Positions 1 through 8,232 of a stretch of 64,000 nt of DNA are shown piece by piece. Source of the DNA: Polyangiales bacterium (GTDB lineage: Bacteria > Myxococcota_A > Polyangia > Polyangiales > Polyangiaceae); NCBI GenBank assembly GCA_038230375.1, contig JBBRNJ010000043.1, forward strand, positions 10,435-74,434, read 5' to 3'. Below the pieces are notes generated by a model. The model was given only the letters and a program-made list of their open reading frames with translations. It was not told the origin of the DNA and made no database searches. Every line of letters begins with the position of its first letter. The first letter of the stretch is position 1. The translations under genes were made by a program, and so were the position numbers.

Positions 1-1102
1 CCAGCGCTGACTGTGCATCGAGCACGGCGCGGATGTCCCGGTAGGCCGCGGGCGCCTCCGTGACCAGCGCGCGCGCGTGCTTCTCGGGGTAGACCACGTC
101 CCGCATGGCGCGCTCGAGCGCTTCTGGCTTCACCGCCGTCCGCGCCTCCGTTCGCGACATCACGCGGCCCGCGCCGTGCGAGCACGAGCCCAGGGCATCC
201 GCGCATCCCTTGCCACGGACCAGATAGCTCGCCGTGCCCATGGAGCCCGGTACGAGCGCAAGCGCGCCCTCCGCAGCTGCGATCGCGCCCTTGCGATGAA
301 CGTAGAGCAGCTCGTCCAACCACCGCTCCCGCGCAACGAAGTTGTGGTGAACGTCCGTCAGCGGCTCGGGCGAGACATGCATGTGCTCCCCGAGCACCGA
401 CAGCGCCCGCGTCGTGAGCGCCTCCCTGTTGGCGCGTGCGAAGGCGAGCGCCCACGCATGATCCGTGAGGTACGCGCGGCCATGTTCGGTCGTGACGTCG
501 AGCCCGAGGAGCGCGCTACCACGCGACCCCCGAGATTCGTGTGTATGATGCACACAAATGGCCGCGCCGAGCCCCCGTGAGCCCGAGTGGACAAGGAGGT
601 ACAGCGCGCCGTCCGCGTCGCGATCGAGCTCGAGGAAGTGGTTGCCTCCGCCGAGCGTGCCCAGGTGCTTCGGCCCGATGGCGTGCCTTGTCTTCTCCAG
701 CGCGTTCGTGGAGAGCGAAGCCCCCGCGAGCCCGTCGGGGAGCGAGGCCGCCGTGGCGCCGCGATGAACCGCGTCGCCCACGGGGACGGCACGCGTGAGG
801 TCCGCGAGGATCCTCTCGAGCGTGCGCCTGTCGGGTGTGTCGTTCGCCACGCGCACCGCGGACATGCCGCAGCCGAGATCACCGCCGAGCGCACCAGGCA
901 CGACGGTATTGCGCGTGGCGAACACGCTACCCACGGCGACGCCGGACGACACATGCGCGTCCGCCATCGCCGCGACGAAGCCAACCACGTACGGCTGGCT
1001 TGCGAGCAGGAGCAGCTGCTCCTCCGTCTCTACGGACAGTCGCTCGGCCCACGTGCGGACCGGGACGCGCTGCCCCTGCTCTTCCTTGAAGAAGGTGCGC
1101 AT
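1..1102 (-). CDS. rtcB: RtcB family RNA ligase (3' end runs off the window; absent from the ORF track)
   Basis: Manual translation from ATG 1102: MRTFFKEEQGQRVPVRTW...AMADAHVSSGVAVGSV...GGDLGCGM...GTLGGGNHFLE...HSGSRG...SCSHGAGRVMSR...EAPAAYRDI. These are the canonical RtcB motifs. The ATG overlaps the upstream stop (TGATG). Confidence 0.95.
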   Translation of the reverse strand, partial: MRTFFKEEQGQRVPVRTWAERLSVETEEQLLLLASQPYVVGFVAAMADAHVSSGVAVGSVFATRNTVVPGALGGDLGCGMSAVRVANDTPDRRTLERILADLTRAVPVGDAVHRGATAASLPDGLAGASLSTNALEKTRHAIGPKHLGTLGGGNHFLELDRDADGALYLLVHSGSRGLGAAICVHHTHESRGSRGSALLGLDVTTEHGRAYLTDHAWALAFARANREALTTRALSVLGEHMHVSPEPLTDVHHNFVARERWLDELLYVHRKGAIAAAEGALALVPGSMGTASYLVRGKGCADALGSCSHGAGRVMSRTEARTAVKPEALERAMRDVVYPEKHARALVTEAPAAYRDIRAVLDAQSAL

Positions 1103-1458
1103 CAAGCCGCGCCTCCATCATCGTCGGACAGCATGTCGACTCCATCGAACACGAAGCGCAGATCGGGTGCGCGCTTGATGTCGATCTCGTCGCCGAGCCG
1201 CCGCTTCAGATACCCGGATGCTCGCTCGAGCGCCCGCGTCTTCTCGTCCCGTACCTCTCGCTCGCGCGCCGCCTCACCGGGTGCGGTGATGTGAACGCGC
1301 GCATTCCTGTAGTCCACGGAAAGGACCACCGCGCGGACCCGGACGCCGTAGAGCGCGGGATCCGTGACCTCGTCGGCGAGGAGCGCGCGGAGCTCCTCTT
1401 CAATCAAACCTTGCAGTCGTTCGTGCCGGTAGCCGGCACTCTCATCGTCTCGCTTCAT
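1102..1458 (-). CDS. rbfA: Ribosome-binding factor A-like protein (likely a second paralog)
   Basis: RHERLQGLIEEEL...DPAL...VVLSVDYRNARVH...ALERASGYLKRRL...KRAPDLRFVFD matches the RbfA pattern. It is not in the usual infB-rbfA-truB context. Start ATG 1458 chosen over the track start. Confidence 0.85.
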   Translation of the reverse strand: MKRDDESAGYRHERLQGLIEEELRALLADEVTDPALYGVRVRAVVLSVDYRNARVHITAPGEAAREREVRDEKTRALERASGYLKRRLGDEIDIKRAPDLRFVFDGVDMLSDDDGGAA

Positions 1459-1501
1459 GGAAAACGGCTCCGTGTCGAGCACGGGCGAGGCCCGAGCCGA
1501 C

Positions 1502-1573
1502 AAAAAAACTCACGCATCGCGAGGCGGCCGTCCAGAAGACGGACCTCACGACTCCGCGACTGCGGTGCGCGAG
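1502..1573 (-). terminator. Terminator/attenuator-like structure in the rbfA-rtcB leader
   Basis: On the minus strand an outer stem CTCGCGCA/TGCGTGAG encloses two hairpins (CCGC-AGTC-GCGG and TCGTGAGG..CCGTC-TTCTG-GACGG..CCTCGCGA) and is followed directly by T7 (A-tract at 1502-1508 on +). Confidence 0.55.
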
Positions 1574-1621
1574 ATCGGAGCTCGTCCACGTCGTGAGCGA
1601 CGGGACGGACTGCAGATCAGG

Positions 1622-1672
1622 TCATGCAGAAGCGGAGATGCCTGGGAGACCGAGAAAAACAGTGGGATTCAC
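1622..1672 (-). CDS. Putative leader peptide (uORF), MNPTVFLGLPGISASA
   Basis: AAGGAGGT (1678-1685) lies 5 nt before GTG 1672. Sixteen sense codons then TGA (1622-1624), directly upstream of the structured T-tract element. Confidence 0.55.
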   Translation of the reverse strand: MNPTVFLGLPGISASA

Positions 1673-1806
1673 GAGACACCTCCTTCCTTCGAAGCGACGG
1701 CAAACATGCAATGTGCACGAGCAACGTTGAGAGCTTGGACGGAGCCCGAACGAAAATCAAGCAACGCCCTCCAAAAAACTCCAGGTGGCGAGCACTCGCG
1801 CGCGCG

Positions 1807-2490
1807 CTACTCGCGTGGGCGGAGTGGGTGGCGGGGGCTTTCGGCGCCTCGAGGATCATGGCGCTCGGCGCCTTCCGGGATGCCTCCCGTCACTGCCTCC
1901 GTTGCGATGTCGCCCCGCGTCCAGAGCGTGCGCTCCACCATCGCGCGGAACACAAAGAGGAGCGCGTCCTCCACGGCCTGGCCTTCCAGTATGCCGAAGG
2001 CCCGTGCGATCGCCTCGATCGTCGCTAGGCCATCTTCACGTGACTCCACGCGCAGGCGCCGCGGTTCGCGCTCACCCTTGGGCAGCGACACGCACGGCAC
2101 ATCGGCGAGCCCGGGCAGGCGCTTGCGTACCTTGGAGGCCTGCCGCCAGTTGCCGTCCGGCACGAACAGCGTGATCGGTCGCTCGCTCTTCGCGTAGTCC
2201 GTGAGCGGCACTGCGTCGTCGAACGGGAAGAGCAAGAGCGGCTGCGAGCCTGCGGGCCACGTCGCGGTCGGCTCCGGCTCGTGCTCATGGCCGCGGATCA
2301 GGGTCTCGCTGTTCGGGAGGCACATGGTGCCCAGGCGGCCCGTGTTCGTGGTCTTGCGTACCTCGAGGCGATGGATGACGAGCACGAGGCGCGTCTTCGT
2401 CTCGATCCTCGGGAGCATCGTGCACACGCACACGGTCTGGTGCATGCGGCACTTCTCGCAGCGGTGTGCTCCATTGGCGCGGCGGCTCAT
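1807..2490 (-). CDS. DTW-domain tRNA-uridine aminocarboxypropyltransferase (TapT-like)
   Basis: N-terminal CxxC...CxC zinc motif, H..E..KTTNTGRL, LLFP, VPDGNW (DXTW variant), LATIEA. The ATG at 2490 overlaps the upstream stop. Confidence 0.88.
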   Translation of the reverse strand: MSRRANGAHRCEKCRMHQTVCVCTMLPRIETKTRLVLVIHRLEVRKTTNTGRLGTMCLPNSETLIRGHEHEPEPTATWPAGSQPLLLFPFDDAVPLTDYAKSERPITLFVPDGNWRQASKVRKRLPGLADVPCVSLPKGEREPRRLRVESREDGLATIEAIARAFGILEGQAVEDALLFVFRAMVERTLWTRGDIATEAVTGGIPEGAERHDPRGAESPRHPLRPRE

Positions 2491-3176
2491 GACGGAAGCT
2501 CCTCCGACACGGGGAGCGCGAGCGCCGTCAGCGGTCCCGCGAGATCCTGCGGCATGCTCGCGCGGACCTCCACGCGCACGCCCGTCGCGGGGTGCACGAA
2601 TGCCAGGAACGACGCGTGCAGCGCCAGGCGGTGAAGGTTGTATTCTGCACGGAAATGGCGGTTCACCTTGCCGTCGCCGTGCTTCACGTCGCCGACGAGC
2701 GGATGGTTCACGTGACGGAGGTGCCGCCGCACCTGGTGCAGGCGCCCGGTCTCCGGCATGGCCAGCACCAGCGAGCATCGATCCACGGTGGAGTGAGCAA
2801 GCGTGCGGTACCGCGTGAGCGCGTGCACGCGCGGCCCGTCTTCCTTCTTCTGGATCGCGTAGTCGATCGTGCCCTCGGGCGGCGACATTCCACGCACGAG
2901 CGCGAGGTAGCGCTTCTCCATGCGCCCCTCCTCGAAGTCCTTCGCGAGCGCCGCGGCGGACACCGGATCGCGTGCAAATAGCAGCGCGCCGCTGGTGCCG
3001 CGATCCAGCCGGTGGAGCGGATGGACGTGCTGACCGATCGCGTCGCGCACGCGGAACATCGCCACGTCGTCGTCCTGGTCCCAGCCGCGATGAACCAGGA
3101 GACCGGACGGCTTGTTGGCGACGACGACATGAGCGTCCACGTACAAGAGCTCGATCGCGCGGTCTTCGTGGAGCAC
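2487..3176 (-). CDS. RluA/TruC family pseudouridine synthase
   Basis: NKPSGLLVH, HRLDRGTSG, KRYLALV, TGRLHQVRRH, HPLVGD, LALHA. The track ORF upstream of ~3176 is an antisense shadow of the ABC binding-protein gene. Confidence 0.92.
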   Translation of the reverse strand: MLHEDRAIELLYVDAHVVVANKPSGLLVHRGWDQDDDVAMFRVRDAIGQHVHPLHRLDRGTSGALLFARDPVSAAALAKDFEEGRMEKRYLALVRGMSPPEGTIDYAIQKKEDGPRVHALTRYRTLAHSTVDRCSLVLAMPETGRLHQVRRHLRHVNHPLVGDVKHGDGKVNRHFRAEYNLHRLALHASFLAFVHPATGVRVEVRASMPQDLAGPLTALALPVSEELPS

Positions 3177-3230
3177 GCGCCTGGGTTTAGCCGATTTTGG
3201 AAAGGGGCGGGGCGTGGTAAGCCATCGGCC

Positions 3231-4376
3231 ATGCTGACGCGTCGCCTGTTCACGAGCGCTCTCGCTGCCCTCTTCGTCACCGCGCTCGCCAGCGCCGGCT
3301 GCGAGAAGAAGTCGGACGACATCCCGATCGGCGCATACCTCTCGCTCTCTGGGTCCGACTCCACGTTCGGCACCGACACGCGCGACGGCATCGAGCTCGC
3401 GCTGCAGGAGCAGAACGCCGCGGGCGGCGTGAAGGGCAAGAAGGTCCGCATCGTCTACGAGGACGACAAGTCCACGCCGCAAGAGGCCTCCAACAAGGTG
3501 CGCCAGCTCATCGACCGCGACGGCGTGCTCGCGCTCCTGGGTGAGGTCGCGTCCAGCCGCTCCATGGCGGGAGGGCTCATCGCCAACAGCAAGAAGGTGC
3601 CGATGGTCACGCCGTCGTCCACCGCCGTGGAGGTCACGCAGGGCCGTGAGTACGTGTTCCGCGTGTGCTTCACGGACGACCAGCAGGGCGACGTCGCCGC
3701 GCGCTTCGCGTTCGACACGCTGAAGAAGAAGAAGATGGCGGTCTTCTACGCCGCGCAGGACAACTACTCCTCGGGCCTGGCGAAGGCCTTCAGCGAGAGC
3801 TTCAAGAAGCAGGGCGGCGAGATCATCGCGGAGATCGGCTACCAGAAGGGCGAGACCAACTTCACGACCTTCCTGAACAAGCTGAAGGAAGCGAAGCCAG
3901 AGCTCATCTTCGTGCCGAACTACTACAACGACATGGTCCAGATCGCGCGTCAGGCCAAGCAGGTCGACCTCCCCGGCTCCATGTTCATGGGCGGCGACGG
4001 CTGGGACTCCGCGGACCTCATCGAGGGCGCGGGCGCAGAGCTCGACGGCGCCTACTTCACGAACCACTACGCGCCGGACGTCCCCTGGCCGAACTCCGCC
4101 GCGTTCGTGAAGACCTTCACGGAGAAGTACAAGCGCGCCCCGTCCAGCCTCTCCGCGCAGGGCTACGACGCAGCGAGGGTGCTCTTCGACGCTATCGGGC
4201 GCGCGACGGAGCTCACGCCCGAGGCGATCAAGGTCGCGCTCGGAAGCACCAAGGATTTTCAGGGCGCTACGGGCGCGCTCACGATCGACAAGAACCACAA
4301 CGCCAGCAAGCCGATCGTCGTGGTGCAGGTGAAGGACAAGAAGTTCGCGTACAAGGCGCAGCTGATGGCCCAGTGA
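3231..4376 (+). CDS. Branched-chain amino acid ABC transporter substrate-binding lipoprotein (LivJ/K-like)
   Basis: Lipobox ASAGC, IGAYLSLSG, NAAGGVKGKK, YVFRVCFTDDQQG, GGDGW, GYDA, FQGATG. Confidence 0.92.
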   Translation: MLTRRLFTSALAALFVTALASAGCEKKSDDIPIGAYLSLSGSDSTFGTDTRDGIELALQEQNAAGGVKGKKVRIVYEDDKSTPQEASNKVRQLIDRDGVLALLGEVASSRSMAGGLIANSKKVPMVTPSSTAVEVTQGREYVFRVCFTDDQQGDVAARFAFDTLKKKKMAVFYAAQDNYSSGLAKAFSESFKKQGGEIIAEIGYQKGETNFTTFLNKLKEAKPELIFVPNYYNDMVQIARQAKQVDLPGSMFMGGDGWDSADLIEGAGAELDGAYFTNHYAPDVPWPNSAAFVKTFTEKYKRAPSSLSAQGYDAARVLFDAIGRATELTPEAIKVALGSTKDFQGATGALTIDKNHNASKPIVVVQVKDKKFAYKAQLMAQ

Positions 4377-4407
4377 CGGCCGTCCTCCCACGCGAAGAAG
4401 AAATACG

Positions 4408-5313
4408 ATGCGCGTCCTCGAGGCACTGATCACGGGCATCACGCAGGGCGCGATGATCGCGCTCGTCGCGCTCGGGTACACCATGGTGTACGGCGTGCTC
4501 AAGCTGATCAACTTTGCCCACAGCGAGGTGTTCATGATGAGCGCCTACCTGGGCGTGTTCCTGCTCGCGGCGCTCGGCGCGGACACGCACCCCATGCTGG
4601 CCATGGCGCTCACGGTGATCCTCTCCATGGGCGGCGCCGCGATGATCGGCGTCACGGTGGAGCGCGTGGCGTATCGTCCGCTGCGCGGCCGTGCGAAGGG
4701 GGCGCTCGTGCGCAGTACGCCGCTGGTCACCGCGCTGGGCGTGTCCGTGCTCCTGCAGAACCTCGCCCAGCTGCTGTTCAGCGCCAGATACCGCAGCTAT
4801 CCGCAGCTCCTCTCCGGCACCGTCCACCTGGGCCCCATCAGCCTCAGCTCGTCGCGCGTGCTCATCCTGGTGACGTCGGTGGTCGTCATGGTGGTGCTGG
4901 AGCTCATCGTGAAGCGCACGTGGTTCGGCAAGGCCATGCGCGCGCTCTCCTCCAACGAGGAAGCGGCGCGTCTCATGGGTGTGCGCACCTCGCGGGTCAT
5001 CACCATGACCTTTGCGCTGGGTTCATCGCTCGCGGCGCTCGGCGCCATCCTCTACTGCTTCGATCAGTCGCAGGTCTATCCCACCATGGGCGTGATCATC
5101 GGCACGCGCGCGTTCGTGGCGGCGGTGCTCGGCGGCATAGGCAGCATCACCGGCGCGATGCTGGGCGGTCTACTCATCGGGGTCCTTGGCGAGCTCGTGA
5201 AGCTCACGGACTACTCGGGCGGCGTGGACGTGCTCGTGTTCGTCGTGCTCATCGGCGTGCTGCTCGTCCGTCCCGCGGGCCTCCTTGGCTCCACGCGGGC
5301 AGAGAAGGTCTAG
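4408..5313 (+). CDS. livH: Branched-chain amino acid ABC transporter permease
   Basis: ALVALGYTMVYGVLKLINFAHSE, FGKAMRA...AARLMGV, AFVAAVLGGIGS, RPAGLLG. Confidence 0.92.
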   Translation: MRVLEALITGITQGAMIALVALGYTMVYGVLKLINFAHSEVFMMSAYLGVFLLAALGADTHPMLAMALTVILSMGGAAMIGVTVERVAYRPLRGRAKGALVRSTPLVTALGVSVLLQNLAQLLFSARYRSYPQLLSGTVHLGPISLSSSRVLILVTSVVVMVVLELIVKRTWFGKAMRALSSNEEAARLMGVRTSRVITMTFALGSSLAALGAILYCFDQSQVYPTMGVIIGTRAFVAAVLGGIGSITGAMLGGLLIGVLGELVKLTDYSGGVDVLVFVVLIGVLLVRPAGLLGSTRAEKV

Positions 5314-5315
5314 CG

Positions 5316-5405
5316 CGCTTCACGTTTGCGCGAGCGCTTTGGCTCGCTTCACGTTTGCGCGAGCGCTTTGGCTCGCTTCACGTTTGCGCGAGCGCTTTGG
5401 CTCGC
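5316..5405. repeat. Perfect 29-bp tandem repeat, 3 copies (CGCTTCACGTTTGCGCGAGCGCTTTGGCT)
   Basis: Copies start at 5316, 5345 and 5374 with no spacers. The unit contains the stop codon of the convergent minus-strand gene. Confidence 0.95.
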
Positions 5406-6274
5406 GACTCCACCTTGATCTGGAGGGGCTCGTTCTTGGAGTCGGAGATGAGGAGGCCGGCGTCGAGCTGCACCTCGCGGTAGGGAAGCGCCTCGTTCGC
5501 GTCGCCTCGGGACGCACCGCCGAAGCGCAGGACCTCGCCGTCGAGCTCGAACGCGTTCACGTTCGCGATGCGATCCAGGATGACCCCGCGCAGGGTCACC
5601 ATGTCGCCCTCGCGCAGGACCGCGATCTCACCGAACAGGCCTTTTTCCCGCGCCAACGTGGCATGCGCGGCGCTGTCGCCGGCGTTCGTGGGCGCGTCGA
5701 GTGTGGGCGCGGTGGTCGGAAGCACCACGATGGGAAGGCCACCGTCGCGCTCGATGCCGAAGATGTCTGCGTACGTCGTTCGCTCGTTCGGCTGCCAGGC
5801 ATCCGACATGACGATGTCCTTGCCTCGCAGCCTCACGACGCGACCACGCACGGTCACCTCGCGCCCTGGGTCACGCGTGTCCGTATCGGTGGGCGCCTCG
5901 GCCAAAAGCGACACGTCCGGGCGCGACAGTCCGCGCCGCGTGTTCTGACCGAACGCAATGAACGACACCAGCACGTAGAGGATCAGCACCACGAAGAACG
6001 TGATGACGAGGCCCACGAAGGTGGCCGCGATGACGGCGGCGACGTGCCCCCCGGCGACCGCGTAGGCGAGCGCAAGGGCAGGGGAGATGTAGAGCGCACG
6101 CGCGAGCCACTTCAGCGGCCACCCCACCGCGTCACGTGCGGCCGTGAGCATGCCACCGCTGTGGACGTAGTCGCGCACGAGCTCCCGTGACGCGCCGCCG
6201 TCACGCGTCTCCCTGATCGTCCCCTTGGCGGAGCCGCTGGGGGCGAGCGTCTGAACGAATAGCGACTCTGCCAT
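5378..6274 (-). CDS. Hypothetical membrane protein
   Basis: Long ORF with genome-typical codon usage and two hydrophobic helices near the N-terminus. Confidence 0.7.
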   Translation of the reverse strand: MAESLFVQTLAPSGSAKGTIRETRDGGASRELVRDYVHSGGMLTAARDAVGWPLKWLARALYISPALALAYAVAGGHVAAVIAATFVGLVITFFVVLILYVLVSFIAFGQNTRRGLSRPDVSLLAEAPTDTDTRDPGREVTVRGRVVRLRGKDIVMSDAWQPNERTTYADIFGIERDGGLPIVVLPTTAPTLDAPTNAGDSAAHATLAREKGLFGEIAVLREGDMVTLRGVILDRIANVNAFELDGEVLRFGGASRGDANEALPYREVQLDAGLLISDSKNEPLQIKVESRAKALAQT

Positions 6275-6322
6275 GACGAACGGGGAGCCAGCCCCCGCCA
6301 CGTCGTTGTATCCTCAAAGGCG

Positions 6323-6766
6323 GTGAAGCGCTTCTGGATCCTGCAGGCGATCGTGATCGTCACGTCCATCGTGATCGTGGCGGTGCATGGCTCTGCGGAC
6401 GCGGGTGAGCGCGTGCTCGGGCTTCGCGCCGTGTGCTCCGACGCGAGCGAGGTGGATCCATGCTGGCTCGCCGTCGGTGGTTGGGGCGGCATCACGCTGG
6501 GCGCGGGCGCCGGCCTGGTCTGCTACGGCTGGCTCTCGGCCGGTCTCCTGTTCGGTGTCGGGCAAGCGGCGTCGGGCCTCATCGCGTTCGGGCAGGTCGC
6601 AGTGGGCCCGGTGTTCTTCTGCGGCCAGCTGGGCGTGGGGCTCACGGGCGTGGGGCAGCTCGCGATCGGCGGTCGCGTGATGGGTCAGGGCAGCCTCGGC
6701 TTCGATGGCAGCGCGTTCCTGAGTGATCTGAACGAGCGCCTGAACGAGCGCCTGCGCTTTCGCTGA
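6323..6766 (+). CDS. Gly-rich small membrane protein
   Basis: Hydrophobic N-terminus and repeated GQ.A.G units. Confidence 0.7.
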   Translation: MKRFWILQAIVIVTSIVIVAVHGSADAGERVLGLRAVCSDASEVDPCWLAVGGWGGITLGAGAGLVCYGWLSAGLLFGVGQAASGLIAFGQVAVGPVFFCGQLGVGLTGVGQLAIGGRVMGQGSLGFDGSAFLSDLNERLNERLRFR

Positions 6767-6794
6767 CGGCCCGCGGGTGGTTAAATGCGGAGCC

Positions 6795-7445
6795 ATGGCG
6801 CCGCACAAGCTCACGTCCCGGGTGATCGCGACCGAGGAAGCGCTCCGCGAGATCATCGGCCACCCCACGGATCTCGTCTGCGCAAAGCTCGCCACCAGGC
6901 TGAATCCGCTGACGCAACAGTTCATCGAGCGCTCGCCGTTCCTGTGCATTGCGACGCGCGGCGCCAACGGCACCTGCGACGTCTCGCCGCGCGGAGACCC
7001 ACCAGGCTTCGTGCGCATCCTGGACGAGCAGACGCTGCTGATCCCCGAGCGCCCCGGAAACAAGATCGCAGACTCGCTCCGCAACATCCTGGCGACCGGC
7101 CGCATCGGCATCCTCTTCGTGATCCCCGGCGTGGGAGACTCGTTCCGCGTGAATGGCAGGGCCACCCTCACCGACGACGCCGCGCTCCTCGCGCCATGCG
7201 TGGTCGAAGGAAAGCCACCCAAGCTGGGCATCCTCGTCGACATCGAGGAGGCCTATACGCAGTGCTCGAAGGCTTTCCTGCGCTCGCATCTCTGGGACCC
7301 CACAACGTTCATCGATAGAGCCACGCTCCCAACAAACGGCTCGATCCTCGAAGCCCTTGCCGAGGCACAAGGAAGCGACTTCGACGCAAAAAAATACGAC
7401 GACGAAAGAGCCGCCCGCTACGCCCGCCGAGAAAACTTCTACTGA
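6795..7445 (+). CDS. Pyridoxamine 5'-phosphate oxidase-like FMN-binding protein
   Basis: FIERSPF, DVSPRGDPPGFV, IPERPGNKIADSLRNI, FRVNGRA, QCSKAFLRSHLW. Confidence 0.9.
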   Translation: MAPHKLTSRVIATEEALREIIGHPTDLVCAKLATRLNPLTQQFIERSPFLCIATRGANGTCDVSPRGDPPGFVRILDEQTLLIPERPGNKIADSLRNILATGRIGILFVIPGVGDSFRVNGRATLTDDAALLAPCVVEGKPPKLGILVDIEEAYTQCSKAFLRSHLWDPTTFIDRATLPTNGSILEALAEAQGSDFDAKKYDDERAARYARRENFY

Positions 7446-7470
7446 TCCTCTCCAGGCCCCGATCCCCTCC

Positions 7471-8232
7471 TCATCCCCAGGGCCGAAAAAACTCCCGGGG
7501 CGCTCGCTTCTTCCGCAGGCACTTCGTCTCCGCGCTCATGTAACAAACCGTGAGCCCCCTCCGCACGTTCCCGGTCTCGCTCCGCCCCGACCGATGCCAC
7601 GCGTGATTGTGAATCAGCAGCACCTCCCCGGCGACAACAGGCAGCGACACGACGTGGTCCTCCGGTCTCTCCGATTCCAGAAAGTTGTCCGGCACCACAC
7701 CGCCGAGCTTCGTCACGAGCCCGCGCTTGTGTGACCCCGGCACGATCTCCACGCAGCCCCCGCGCAAGGGCGCATCGTCCAGCGCGGTCCACACCTGCAG
7801 CTTCGGCTCCTGCGACAGGCCCCAGAAGTTGCCGCCGTCCTGGTGCCACGGCAGCGCGCTCCCGCCCGTCTCCGCCGCCTTGTTGAAGAGCAACGCGCGA
7901 TACATCTTGATGTCTGTATTATACACGCGTCGCGCGAGCGGCTCGAACATGGGATCGCAGATCCACGCGCGGAAGAGCGGGTCCATCTCCAGCTTCTCGA
8001 CCTTGCGATAGTTGAGTGAAGGACCCTCCCAGCCCTGTCCGTAGCCCAGATCCTCGTAGCGGCCCGTCGTGGTGTCCTTCTGGAAGAACAACCCTTCGTA
8101 GGTGACGCGCCCCATCATGATGTCTTCGGCGCGCTCGCGCAGGCCGCGCATCTGGTCGTCGGGCAGCACCTTCCCGAGGCGCGCGTAGCCGTGCTCCTCG
8201 TAGTGCTGGAGGACGGAGTCGAGATCGTTCAT
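7471..8232 (-). CDS. Phytanoyl-CoA dioxygenase family (Fe/2OG) protein
   Basis: YEEHGY, PWHQD, WTALDDA...GC.EIVPGSH, distal H in WHRSG. ATGA overlap with the aldo/keto reductase stop. Confidence 0.9.
   Translation of the reverse strand: MNDLDSVLQHYEEHGYARLGKVLPDDQMRGLRERAEDIMMGRVTYEGLFFQKDTTTGRYEDLGYGQGWEGPSLNYRKVEKLEMDPLFRAWICDPMFEPLARRVYNTDIKMYRALLFNKAAETGGSALPWHQDGGNFWGLSQEPKLQVWTALDDAPLRGGCVEIVPGSHKRGLVTKLGGVVPDNFLESERPEDHVVSLPVVAGEVLLIHNHAWHRSGRSETGNVRRGLTVCYMSAETKCLRKKRAPREFFRPWG

Noticed and set aside
77..1294. Plus-strand ORFs of 167 and 235 aa
   Set aside because: They are antisense shadows of rtcB, which carries all the family motifs.
1700..1730. Sigma54 promoter for rtcB (TTGCA seen on the minus strand)
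   Set aside because: There is no GG at the -24 position with the required spacing, and no rtcR nearby.
3177..4535. 682-aa pseudouridine synthase fusion
   Set aside because: The extension is the antisense frame of the ABC binding-protein gene, a high-GC artefact.
5316..5405. CRISPR array (29-bp repeats)
   Set aside because: The repeats are contiguous with no spacers, and no cas genes are present.
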